The notes below the pieces were generated by a model. That model saw only the letters and a list, made by a program, of their open reading frames with translations. It was not told the origin of the DNA and made no database searches. A stretch of DNA of 63,763 nt, the filler included, from Folioceros fuciformis (lineage: Eukaryota): the NCBI GenBank assembly GCA_049999805.1. It is 3 parts of 3 records of this genome, joined end to end, with 100 filler letters (N's around TTAATTAATTAA, not from the genome) between each part and the next. Parts side by side here need not be neighbours in the genome. Positions count along the whole stretch, not along the records: positions 1 to 17,020 come from JBNGIO010006266.1; positions 17,121 to 32,669 come from JBNGIO010006267.1; 1 more part is not named here. One strand, given 5' to 3'. Position numbers and translations under genes: made by a program. This document shows positions 13,139 to 25,700 of this stretch, piece after piece; position 1 is the first letter of the stretch, and each line of letters begins with the position of its first letter.

Positions 13139-15062
13139 CTCTTTGTACTCTGTCGGAAGGGAAGGTAGTTCTCTCTTAAGGACGTACTTCTTTCAAGGTG
13201 CTCTGGGATGGCGGACATCAGTCAGACATCAGCTGCTGTGGGCTGGTCCTAGGGTTTTTGTGGGTGTAGCATCATCCAGTTGTGTGGCACAACGTCAAGC
13301 TGAGAATGGTAGATTTGGCAATGGAGCACAGCTTGCCAGTCCACCTGGACAGAGGGGGCTGGATGATGACCATGTCAGAGGTCAAGCTGAATCTGGTGTG
13401 CATCATCACAGTGTTGATTCTGTGGTGCAGGAAGTGGGGGACAGTGTGCCCAGTCCGTCAACTGGAAGCCATGCCCTGCCAAGAAAGAATCAGCTTACCT
13501 TCATCGTTTTCGACATTGAGACCACAGGATTCAAGCGCGGTGACGACCGCATCATTGAATTTGCTGCTCGTGATTTAGCTGGTGGTGAGAACAGCACCTT
13601 GCAAACTCTAGTTAATCCCGAGGGAGTATCGGTTGGCAGCAGTTTTAGTACTCACGGTATTTCTGACAAGATGATCAACAATCCTGAGACCCCAAAGTGA
13701 GTCTGGGTGGGCCTGTCCCCCGATCCCTGCCTTGGATACAGTCTGTTTCTTGTGACGAGCTTGCTTCTTATGGTTGTGGATATCCTCAGGTGGGACGAGG
13801 TTGCCCCAACCATTGTGGAGTTCGTGGAGTCACGTCGAAAGGGCAACGGACATGTTCTATTGGTTGCCCACAATGCGAAAGTCTTTGATGTTCCGTTCCT
13901 CATCAGCCACTTCGAGCGTAGTTCCGTGCAGCTTCCTGAGCACTGGCTGTTTCTCGACACCTTGCCTCTAGCAAAAGCTGTGATGGCTGCCAAAGGTATG
14001 ATGACTTCGGGAAGCGACTGAGGTTCTGTAGGTATGGGACTGTGTATGGATGGTGGAGGGACAATGACGGCCAGTTCTGCTAGGAAGAGCCAGGCATGGA
14101 AGAGTGTTCCTCAGATGCTGAGAAGAGTCCTGAACCATGGGGTCACTAATGCACAAAGAAAAGGAAGACTAGGTTCATGAAGGAGGCCGTGCGGCACAGT
14201 TGACCCACTTGCTTGCCATAGTTGTTCATCTGCCAAGGGTCTATCGGGCCGTAGGGCTAAGAATCTGAATGTGAAAATTGTGTGTGAGAGCCAAGAGGGT
14301 GGCGGAAGTTCGCACTTCTCTGGTACACAGCTAGCTGTCTAACCAGTTCTGCTGGCATAATCTCCTGACATTTTCAATTGAAGGAGTATCAGGTATTTGT
14401 GAATACTGACGATGACCAACATGAAGTACTTAACATGTGTTCCCATGAGATGTACGATTTCGAGTGTCGAGCTGTTTGATCGCCAGGTTGATTGCCTTCC
14501 ATGTTTACCTCATGGACTGGATTCTGTTGGTCTTGCAGGTGGGAAAGGTGCAAACCTTAGTGCTCTCCGTGACTTCTACAGGTTGCCAGATGCTGGGCAA
14601 GCCCACAGGGGCCTGCCTGATGTGAATGTCCTAGTGTCTGTGCTTCGATATCTTATGAGGGAACTTCGACTGACACCAGATGATTTGGTAGAGAGGGCGT
14701 TCAGAGCCAGCGATTGTAAGAAGCACTCACAGGGAAGAGGCACTGACGGAGCTACTAAGAGAGGAGATGACTTCACGGCCTGCACCATTTCTGACACAGG
14801 TGACACAGAACTGTCGAGTGTAGTCGTCACTGGCAAGGTGGTTCCTGATACTGAAGAGGTTATGGACGAAATGAATGAGGAAGAGGGTATCATTGCAGGT
14901 CCTGCCTCAGGACATGGCATTTTTGACGTCCAAGCAGAAGCTCTTGCTAGATCACTTGAGCCTGGCCTGGTTCCTCAGCCTTTGTCACTGATAGAAGAGG
15001 ATCCAGCTGGGATTGAGGGGAACTCAGGGGGGAATTTCTCCCTTGACGATGCTGGCAGTTAG
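13062..15062 (+). CDS. DEDDh 3'-5' exonuclease, DPD1-like (organellar DNase family)
   Basis: Exons about 13062-13696, 13790-13995 and 14539-15062 (GT-AG). ExoI FDIETTG, RIIEFA..GGENSTLQTLVNP, ExoII VAHNAKVFD, LDTLPLA, ExoIII AHRGLPDV. N-terminal extension and acidic tail; start codon uncertain. Confidence 0.85.
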
Positions 15063-16758
15063 AAACGTGACCCAACACCGATAAGGAAAAGGGCATCCTG
15101 GTCCAACCACTCTGAGGACACTGCTGTCCCGTCAGATCACACTCAGTCTGAGGGTCCTAGTTTGGGTGTGGGTAAATTAAGCCCGGACAAGAAAAACGTT
15201 TTGGTAGCTATTCTACCTCCCTCCAGTGAGACTGGAGTTTGGGGGCTAGCTTTCTCCGAGATATCAACAGGTATACCCATCTGGCATCTCTATCTACAGC
15301 AACTGTGTTGACAACAGTTGCGTGCTGCTTTTATACTTGCTTGAAATGGTCTCATGATTGGTTGCCAGTCCTCTAGACCAGTTAACACCCTGGTTTATCT
15401 GTCAGGCGAATTCGGTGTCACTCATTCATCCTTCTGATGTATGCTCCCTTTCTTTCACCCTGGTGATTTGTATTTCTCTTGACTTCAGTTGGAAGGCTTG
15501 CGATCTGATTGTTACAGGTAACGATTGTGCTATGTATCCAACTCTTAGACCTGCGTCTGAAGCAGGTCCAGCGCTTGACTCAAGGAACCAGTGGATGTTT
15601 ATACCTGGTGGGCATGCCCCTTCAGTTCTGTTATTCAGAGATGCCAAACTCTGGCCTTTTTTCGAGCTCTGCCAGAAAGGTTAGGCTGACTGTTATATTT
15701 GTATCTGGAGCACATCACGCTTGTGGTTGGTGACATCGTGATCCAGCGGCAGGGTTTCTTACTTTTGTGTGTTTGGCATGGTGCAGAAGTCGCTGTCACG
15801 TTTCGGAGTCGATTCTCTTGAAAGCGTGGGAATCCAGGAAATGTAATATGGATTGCGGGCAGCAGGTGGTCTTGTGAGGTAGACTCACGCTTCGCCCCCA
15901 CTTGTAAACACATGGTCTTGTAGATGTTGCTGTCTGAGCACCTGTGTTACATGATCATAGGTTCAAGTTCCTGTGTTGGCAAGTCTTGGACGCTTCTAAC
16001 TCTCTTCCACATGCACGTTCCAAATTCATGTTCTGGTGTTGGATCCACACAGTTATTTGCAAGAAAGTAAGAAAGCGTGAAGTGGCAGTACCCCCCTTTG
16101 CACGCCTCGTCCTTATTCCGTCGGTCACTCTTATTTCGTGCACATGGACGAGACTGTTCGAAGCATGGATTCTCCAAAGTGGGGTATCTGGTTTGGGAAG
16201 AGAAGCCAGAAGGCACGCTCCACTGATGCAGTCTTCGGAGCAGTGACCAATCACTTCCTTCATCCCGGTTCCTCAATGGTCGAAGGCAATCATCAGGAGG
16301 TGACCAGAGCGGAGTTGGCAGGCAGGAGCAGCGATTGTCAATTCATGTCCGAGGAAGAGTTAGACAGTATATGGAAACAGGTTCACGAATTCTTGCGCAC
16401 CAAACCTGCTACTCAAGCACTGACAAAACAGAAGGTGTGTTTATGACCTGACCGGCTTGCGTCGCTTGAATTCCATGTCCTTCCTTGATCGAGATCATGG
16501 GGAGAAACCCAAGTCTCTCATGCACACACACACACGTTTGTGCAGGGTTCTTTGGTTTCCATCTCAAAAACCTCTGAGAACCTGGTAGTCTGCCTCGATG
16601 CACCTGCCCTTTCCGTCAAAAAGTTCCAGCAGCAGGAGCACGCCTCTGTTTTGCAGCATGCATTCGTTTGCGTCCTGAGGCAAGCAGTGGACCTCAAGAT
16701 CGCCCTTGTTGGGGACCGAGCAAACATCAAGTTACCACATTTCTTGAGTAAGAAGTGA
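15063..16758 (+). pseudogene. Decayed spliced 3' extension of the DPD1-like gene (copy 2): MutS-connector-like and DnaX/STICHEL C-terminal-like segments
   Basis: The reading frame stays open after TAG 15060-15062 up to a donor at 15271; motifs are as in copy 1. Confidence 0.5.
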
Positions 16759-17020
16759 GCCCGAGGGAACACTAGGCTGAAACATTGTTTCAAAGACCAC
16801 CTCTTGATTGCCAATTTCCCTGACCACAGAAACCGTTGCCACGGTATATTCGGATCCAAAAGCATTTAGCGGTGGTTACGTCGAGGTGACAGAAAGCGTG
16901 CGATGAAACCCTAGTCTAGGTAGTTTGGTGATCCACAGTGTAGTTGGAATCATTCGAACTAACGAACAGGACTTCAGTCGAGCGGAGGAGATCTCGGTCG
17001 CGGCGACGCAAGATCCGCAG
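15079..17020. repeat. Copy 2 of the 1,942-bp duplication
   Basis: Matches 1-1942 and ends at the gap. Confidence 0.95.
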
Positions 17021-17120
17021 NNNNNNNNNNNNNNNNNNNNNNNNNNNNNNNNNNNNNNNNNNNNTTAATTAATTAANNNNNNNNNNNNNNNNNNNNNNNN
17101 NNNNNNNNNNNNNNNNNNNN
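17021..17120. other. Assembly gap with artificial six-frame-stop linker
   Basis: N runs flank TTAATTAATTAA. Confidence 0.95.
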
Positions 17121-19110
17121 CCCCAACTATCTCATTCAGATTGAGTGTAGAAGGTTGACCACTTGCTGCTGCTGAGTAGGCATCACGCAAAGTGGCATTT
17201 TGGCTGGAAATAAACGATTGGTAGGATAAGGGCAGGCTAATCAGCAGCTGTGCTGTCATCTCCACTTCAATGATCTTGGTACCTAACGCAGCAAGTTGTG
17301 CTCGTAGGTGCCTCAACTTGGTGACATGAGCACCAACTGGTTCCCCCTCCCTCAACCTCAAACTGTGAAAGTCGTTTCTTGCGTTGATCATAGTACATAT
17401 GTTTCTAACCTGATAAGTGTCATGAAGTTGTTTCCACACAGCTTCTACTGACTCAAGCAAATCAACCTCAGTGACTGTAGTCTCATCCAGGCCTGACAAG
17501 AGGATGGCAAATGCAACCTTGTTGCACTTCTTCCACTTTGCCTTGTCATCAGGCGTGGGCTGAACTGCAGCTATAGCTGGTACAAGGAAAGGATTGGCTA
17601 TAGTGCCATCAACATACTCCAGAACGTTGCGAGCATCAAGGTTAGCTCTCATACGTGCTTTCCAGCTTTAAAAACGTAGTGCTTTTCCATCAAACCTATC
17701 TTTTTCCTTAAACTCACCGTAATATGATGATCCTACAGATATGGACAAGGGTCCTTGACCTGTAGTCATGTTGACACCAACATAAGGTGGAGGAAGTGAT
17801 GGATTTGAGAAGAGCCAGGAGAGTTGATCAGGATCACTATCAGAATCAATGTCTGCGACAAACAGGGACATACTCTACTATATGCTCAGAAACCAGAACG
17901 GGCGCCATATGAGACATGAAATGGTAAGTTCTAAAACTTAAATGCCCCCTTCAAGTTTTTTTTTTTTTTTTTTTTTAAGTGAATAACGTTTCAACAAACC
18001 CTAAGCATGTCACATGACATCTAACTGGTAACCGTTTGTGCCTGCAGACATTCTCAGAATGCAAGGGACGCGACCCAAGCATCAATCAGGAAGACAGCAA
18101 GGACATCTCCAACACCTGGACACTCCAACCAATAGGCGTAGTCTTCAGTGGCGCCTGTTGAGAGCTTCCAAGGCAGCGTGTTGTAAATTCACAAGTTGTC
18201 TCGCACCCCTTCAAATCTGAGGGGTCATCGATGGCTAATCCTCAGCGCAAGCTCCATCTCTCATGGGAACAAGAGATTCCAGGTACAGCGCTGTGACTGG
18301 TTGCACTACAGAGGTAGGAGCAAGTGATTGTTGAACTCTGAATTGAGCAAGCTGAGTAACAAGTTCTGCAACTTCAGATTGCAGGGACTCCACACTTCTG
18401 ATAACTTCACCAAGTCTTGGAATTGTGAAGGCAAAGGTGTGATCAGCAAATGATTCAATACTGTTCAACTTGAGGATGAGTCGGTCAGTTGCATGAGGAC
18501 ATGCTGTCAGATCTTGTTGCTCAAGTAATGCCGCATCTTTATGAACTTCTCCTAACCAATTTTCTCGTTCAATCCTTGATTGCAGAAGCTCAAGGCGCCT
18601 GGAAACCACTCGACTGGAATAGCTGTGGGGAGAGGCAGAAGATTCTCTCACCTTGTCCTTCTTCCTGGCATCTGAGATCAGATCATTGTGTAGTCTACGA
18701 ATGTAGTCAGCCCTGGCAGCCTAAGGAGATGAAGAGATAGGCCAATTACGCCTACCACTCCTTCTAGGCATTTTAAGCACAAGAACAAAAGTCTGATATG
18801 TCTATCATCTAAGATGGCTAGGGCACCAGAATAGACACACTAGACCAAACATGTTTGCAATCACATTGCAAACAACATGAGTAACAATACAGCGGAAGTC
18901 TCAGAGCATCGAGAGCTCTGATACCATGTTATTTTATGCATTTGTTCAAGGTTTACTTAGACAAAGAACACTTGAAGCAATGCAGCAAAAGAACTTAATT
19001 AAATTTATACAAAATTGTAGCTTTTATAGTGTCAAGTTGTTAAACCCAAAAGGCATGTGTTTACCCGAGTTAGGTTAACTTAACCCATGGTTATCTAAAT
19101 AACCTTAACA
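17121..19110 (-). mobile_element. Ty1/Copia element A, 5' part (LTR 18927-19110, PBS, ORF0, gag), cut by the gap
   Basis: 184-bp TG..CA LTR; PBS TGGTATCAGAGC (tRNA-iMet) at 18915-18926. gag 17871-17121 (EFKEKDRFDG..WKARMRA..LRLREGEPVGAHV..LLISLP) has one in-frame TAA at 17668-17670. Confidence 0.9.
18235..18771 (-). pseudogene. ORF0 of Copia A (accessory ORF upstream of gag), one in-frame TAG
   Basis: MPRRSGRRNW..SP*AARADYIRRL..VVSRRLELLQSRIERE..coiled-coil; TAG at 18721-18723. Confidence 0.55.
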
Positions 19111-19519
19111 CCCTACCCCTCCTCTCGTAAGTAGGTTCCCTACCATTCCCACCCATTGTCGTAGGTAGACAGCCTACCCCATTGCCGTAGTGGGGTGTCT
19201 ACCATATAAGTACCTTCCCTACCTACGTAGGTTTCTTCCATTTTCTCCACATAATACTCTCTCTACGTACGTAGGTAGACATCCTACTATGTAGGTATCT
19301 TCTTATTTTAACCTACCGAAATAGAACTAAAAAACTCCATAAAACCCGTTACCGGAATAAAACTAAAAAACTCCATAAAACCCGTCACCAGCCACTCACT
19401 ACCTACCATGGGCACTTGCCCAAAAACCTACCTTCCATATGCCTCCCTTCGAACTATTTTGACAAAAAAGAAACAAAGTTAGACTTTCTTAGACCCGATT
19501 ACCAAACTTTTCCGTTCCA

Positions 19520-22490
19520 CAAGTATAATCAAAACAAGAAGGTTGAAGAGTCTTATCAAGAGAGGATTTGACTAAATCAGCTTCCACTGCTACAAACAAG
19601 ATGTGCGACTCATGAAAAGTGCCTTGTACAATACTTTGCTAGAGAAGTGTGCTAATGATACACTGATGAGAATCATGCACTAGTTCATTGAGCAATATGT
19701 GGTGCATTGATTGATAATAGAAAGTACTTGCCTTTATGTAGGCAAGGTTGTTGTAATCATTAAGTGGTTATAATGAATCAATATTAATATAATAATATAT
19801 ATGAATCAAATATAACTACTAAAAGAAATTAACCTGAGGATTAAATAAAATATAAAGTATGAGGTATCTTAAGTGAAAATGGCCTAATAATAATAATAAT
19901 AATAAGCTATTTTATCAAAACTTCCCTGAAGTACAATGACACCCTCGCTATCACTAAACAAAGATGTAGGCTTAAGTTTAGGGTTCATACAAAAATATTA
20001 AAGAAGGTTGTACCTTAAAGTGTGGGTTCTTCATCCAAAGAAGCTAGACCCACCATAGGATTTGGTGGCTATATCTTAAAGTGTAGGTTCATCATCCAAA
20101 GGAGCTAGATCTACCATAGGATTTGACGCCTCCTCAACTGGGTTTAGATGATTATCGTGTCTAGATGTAGCTACTTTGGTTTGGATGATGCACCTTTACT
20201 CATTAGAGAATCATCATGAGTGCCTATAGGTGTCTCTACTCGAATGTCAACAACAAAGTAGGTAGGTTGAGTTGTAGTAGGTTGTGGAATGGATGATAAC
20301 TCATCCTCCTCCTCATACTCCTGCATAAGAGGTTCAATTCAAGGAACATGAGAAGTAAGAATGGGAAAGAGAGGAAGAGTATAATCAAAACAAGAAGGTT
20401 GAAGAGTCTTATCAAGAGAGGATTTGAGTAAATCAGCGTCCATCGTTATAAACAAGAGGTGTGACTCATGAAAAGTGCTTGTACAATGCTTTGCCAGAGA
20501 AGTGCTAATGATACATTGATGAGAATCATGCATTAGTTTATTGAGCAATATGTGGTGCATTGATTGATAATAGATGCCTTTATTAGGCAAGGTTGTTGTA
20601 ATCATTAAGTGGTTATAACGAATCAAATAACTATTAAAAGAACTGAGGATTAAATAACTACTAAATTTTTTTAACCTGAGGATTAAATAAAATATAAAGT
20701 ATGAGGTATCTTAGGTGAAAGTGGTCTCATAATGATAATAATAATAATAATAATAAGTTATTTTATCAAAACTTCCCTTGAAGTAACACCCCCTTTTAGA
20801 TGGGGGAGAACCACACAATTAGAAGCAAAGGCAAGGGTCAGTAATTAAACACTAGACACAACACTAGGCCTTGAAGTAGCCCGCCCTCTTCTTTTAGGAA
20901 GACTCGCAGCCAACACCCTTGCTACTGCTCTTTATTCACACGATGAGTCAACAAGAACATACAAAGCTAGAGGGCTAGAGAGAACTTCTCATCTTTGCCT
21001 AAGCTAGGAGCTTAATTCTCCCTTCTCTTGACCTCCTCCCACAGCTCCTTCACGACACACCTTTCATGTGCTCACAGCCCAAGCGACACATGCTCTCAAA
21101 GCATCGCCCAAGCACCAAGTGCTCTCAAGGCTTTGAGAAGATACCGAACTCAACTCAACTGTACTCCTTAGCCCTTGGCTATGTCCCCTTTCATACACAA
21201 ACTCTAGTCATTAACTTAGCAACTATTGACTTAAGCCTTAAGCTATTATTCAACTACTGACTTAAACCTTAAGCTATTATTCAACTACTTACTTAAGCCT
21301 TAAGCTATTATTCAACTACTTACTTAAGCCTTAAGCTATTATTCACTACCACACACTTTTCTTAGAGCTGCATGCTTGTCATGCTCTTAGTAACCTGCTT
21401 TGCTAAACATGCCTCTGCATGGAGCTTACTTGCTTAGCACTCTAACTAGCGTTTTTACTCTTAATCTGGTTTAGAAGTTAAAATAGATGCGATCAAATTT
21501 GCTTTATACAAAATTTATATTTTATATTTTATAATTAAAATAAATGCAATAAAATATGATATATAAGAAAATGTTTTTTCATCCCTCTTTTTTCATATTG
21601 TCTTTGTTGCTTCTATGTGTTGAGCACATAATTTGTTCTAGTTGTCTTATAGGACCATCTCTTTTCCTAACTTTATGCCTCCTCTTTAGAGAGTTGGGGC
21701 TTAAAAGCATTCTTTTAAGAGAATTATGAGAATAGAAAGAACTCATTTAACAATAGCAATTCTACAATAAACACAATTCATCCACTTGCTTCAAATGTTG
21801 ATCCTCAATGTCTCCAAAGTCATTGGCACTTCCACCTAAAGCACAAAGAAATGAGGGTCATCAACTATATGAGGTGGGATCATTCCATTCTAATCCTAAA
21901 TAACAATTATGTATAGATCTTTAGGGCAGATATCATATGCTTGGAGTATATTTTCTCCTTTCTTCCTTAGAAGATTGAAGACTTGCATCATTTTATCCAT
22001 GCTCTTGATAGTGCAAACTTCCTTCAGCCCAAAACTTTGAAGGCCCATTAGAGAAAGATTGAAAAGTAAGATGTTCTAACATTTTTAGTATATAGTGATT
22101 TTCAACAACTATATGTTTTGTTTTAGAGTAAAGATCAAGATTTCTCTCGAGTACAATGGGACCCTCGCTATCACTAAACGAAAATGTAGGCTTAAGTTTA
22201 TGGTTCATACAAAAATATTAAAAAATATTAAAGGAGGTTGTACCCTAAAGTGTAGGTTCATCATCTAAAGAAGCTAGACCCACCATAGGATTTGGTGGCT
22301 ACACCTTAAAGTGTAGGTTCATCATCCAAAGGAGTTGGATCTACCATAGGATTTGGCGACTCCTCAACCGAATTTAGATGATTATCGTGTCTAGATGTAG
22401 CTACTTTGGTTTGGATGATGCACCTTTACTCATTAGAGAATCATCAAACTCACCATCATGAGTGCCTATAGGTGTCTCTACTCGAATGAA
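19520..22490. repeat. AT-rich repeat mosaic with internal duplications and a Copia RNase H remnant
   Basis: About 19520-19935 matches about 20378-20785; about 19936-20250 matches about 22150-22488; minus-strand SKTKHIVVENHYI at about 22090-22130. Confidence 0.7.
21228..21345. repeat. 31-bp tandem repeat x about 4 (ACTTAAGCCTTAAGCTATTATTCAACTACTT)
   Basis: Directly visible. Confidence 0.9.
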
Positions 22491-23064
22491 ACATGAAATC
22501 ACACTATAGAGTAATCTTAAATAACTTGTTAATTTACAAACTTAGTGTCTACCATGTTGAACATACATGTTCCAAGAATGGGTTTGCAGACTGCCCTATA
22601 AGTGGATTAGTCATGGACACCATCCTTGGCATAGGCATGAGTTTGAGTCCATGCCCATATCAAAATATCGGGAATTTGCTTGTCATAGATGGATGGACTT
22701 GGACATCAAGTCCATCCAAGTCCGGGGTCGTCCAGCCCATGAATTCGGCATGGACCCATAGATGGACCATCCACGCCCATATAGGGCATTAGTCTAGATG
22801 TCCTCATACCTTTTCTGAGCATGAGACTAGGCAAGTTCGGTCGATGAGTTTTGTATGGACCTATGGATGGACCATCCATGCTCATGTAGGGCATGAGTCC
22901 ATACGTATCGCATTAGAGATGTTTGGGTCCATCCATGCCTTTGCTAGGCATGAGTCTAAGCGTGATGCCATGATGTCCTGACAACAGAATAGACCCACAT
23001 GATGTCTGAAAAGATTATACCAAGATCACATAAACATAAAGAAGGTTTTATAACATAAGAGCAA

Positions 23065-23286
23065 GAACACAGAGACCGACAAGAGGCTCAACAACAAGAC
23101 CCACAAGGGACTCACACCAAGACTCACTCCAACCTTAGAGGAGGCCCTTTATATACCCTAGGAGAGACACACAGAGACAACAACACGGAGACCGACAAGA
23201 GGCTCAACAACAAGACCCACAAGGGACTCACACCCAAGACTCACTCCAACCTTAGAGGAGGCCCTTTATATACCCTAGGAGAGACC
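23065..23286. repeat. Direct duplication of about 105 bp (period about 117)
   Basis: GAGACCGACAAGAGGCTCAACAAC..ATACCCTAGGAGAGAC occurs twice. Confidence 0.85.
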
Positions 23287-23429
23287 GCTATATATTATAG
23301 TACTACAGTCTAATCCACAAACCCTTGAGACTTGCCATAAGTAACCACTAACATCACAAACTATAACAGAATCTACTATTCCTCTCAACGTCCACGACAT
23401 TAATTCGTCGACGACATTAGAGGAGAGTT

Positions 23430-25700
23430 GTAATTCCATCTTAGGGGCTTGCTGGATGAGAGAAAGCTAACCCTTTGCCATCAGTCCAACTTGAGATGTT
23501 GTGGGCGATTAGCAAGGATTTTGGCAGCGCCCCACAAGGTAGTTTCCCAGATCGAGCATAACACCTGGAGCTTGTTGCCTGGAGGGGCGCCCCCAAATGT
23601 CACCTCTGTCCAGTGGTTCCATAGCAGTTGGAGTGGCAGCCCACAATATCGGCCACCAGTCGACCTGTAAGAAGGATTTTGTGTGGTGGCTTTAATCCCA
23701 AATGAAGCTGTGACCTCCGAAATGATCAGGTGTGGGGAGTGACGAGCTTTGCGTAGCCAGGTTTCCACATCCATCCAGATCCCCCCTGCAAACGAGCACC
23801 TGTAGAATATCTGTTCGCTTTTGTGCTCTCGTCCTTGGTCACATACGGTGCAGAATGGTGTCCCTGCAGCCTCAAACAACCCATTCCACCTGTAAGCCAC
23901 ACTGTCGTGCCCTCGATGCCAACTAATGGCATATTGCAGTGACGAGTAATAGCGCACAGCAGTTCGGTCTATGATTATGACTGCGTGAAAGCTTTGCAGC
24001 AGTCTGGGGGCATTCGTGATCTGGTTTGCAAGAAGTTACTACTTCATGACTACGAGAATATCAAGACAGCGGGACGTCCCAGGCGGGCGAGCCTATGGGA
24101 TCGAGTCCCAGCTTTTGAAGTAATGGGAGGGATCAGAATTGTTGAAGATATGTCGAGTCCTTTCCGGAAACTCTTCATCAACCCGGTTGCTCTGAATAAT
24201 ATGATTGAGTCTCTTTACCATCTCGATGACAAATACAGAGGGGATCTGGAAATCATTGTCAATGCAGCGTGCTATCATTTTCTGGCTCGAAACTGATCCT
24301 ATGCTGCCTTTTTCTGCGAATGGGATCTGGTGACCATTGACTCCACTGCGGCAGTGGAGTCAATGTCACCAGATGGAGTGATTGAGTCACTCCGGCAGCC
24401 CTGGATGCAGTGATTGCCAATGGTACTCCGCTCAATTGACTCCGAGCCAATACCTGCTGCTCGTGGACGCCCTTGCACAGCTTCTGAATACCATTCCCAG
24501 CTTGCTACCTGCTCCACAGCCGAGAGCTCCATTCGAACATAGGTGTCACATAATGGAAACCGATTGGTATTCGATTACTATTGCGCTAAATGTTCCAAAC
24601 CCGTTACTGCGATGCGTTCATCAGCTGTATGGAAAAGATTGTGTCGGATGTGACAGAAATGTAAGATCTCCTGGTAGACGGGGGTTCATGGATACTGTTG
24701 TGTAAGTCGAGAAAGATTTTCGAAAACGATGCGAAGGCTGCCAGGTTACAGTTTGATCGATTCATATCTAAGCTCTCCGTGGACAAGTTTGGAAACAGCC
24801 TGATTTAAGGTGCCGGCGCTCACAACAGGGGCAGAGATGGGATATCTGTGGTGGTTTCTCCACCCGATGCCTGTGTCGAGAAGGTACTGGATACTGGTGT
24901 TGCTCTAGCTGACGATCCAAATGCAGACAAGGAAGACTACAAACTGTGGGAGTTTAGACCACCTACTCCTACATCTAAAGCGTTCCCGACCTTCAAGCCA
25001 TTCGTGCTCTACAAAGGCCTCTACAGCGCACAACGTCAGGCAGACCCACGGGATGCCACCTATGAGGACACCCGAGCAGTGTTACAGTGAAGTGCTGACA
25101 AAGTTGAACCATGATGAGCAAATAGCAGAGTTCAAGAAGGTCAGGTTCGATTCAGATTCTGATGCCTATTGAAATTGCTTTTGTCGGAGACTAGGACTTG
25201 TTGGACTCATTCCTTTTCGTAAAGTTTTCCAATAAAGTCTTGATGGCTGTTTCCTAGGACATGTAACGGGGTTGAATGAGACTATCTCTTTGTAGATAGT
25301 ACACGGAACACAGGAGGAAACGATCAGGTCAAGATTTCAACACCCTCCACCTTCACCGTGTGGTTCGTATAGCATGATTCCAGTTTCCTGGCCCGGCCGG
25401 GCAAGCACATCACAATACAGCATTACAGTGATGATATCTTAGCGCAAATGCTTTGTTGACGAATCTCTTTGATCTGGATGATCCTTCTTTTTTTCATCTT
25501 GTAGACTTGGGCTTGAGAGGTTTGCCTTAGTCTGGATATCGCACCCGTTTGTAGACTCGTGGTTCAGAAGGTTGCCAAGCCTGGATGTCTAAGGCATTCG
25601 TTTGTAGGTTCCAGATGAGAAGAACAGCAGACCACATTGGTTCTATACCAAATTGGTGAAGACAACCGGACCGAGTAGTTGGTTAACTAGACTAGGAACA
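23430..25700 (-). mobile_element. Degenerate LINE 3' region (zf-RVT)
   Basis: CTVCDQGREHKSEQIFYRCSFAGGIW zinc-finger motif; LYEPHGEGG..LDL motif near 25330-25380; boundaries approximate. Confidence 0.6.

Noticed and set aside
17065-17076. TTAATTAATTAA palindrome (also 32714-32725)
   Set aside because: Artificial scaffold linker inside N runs.
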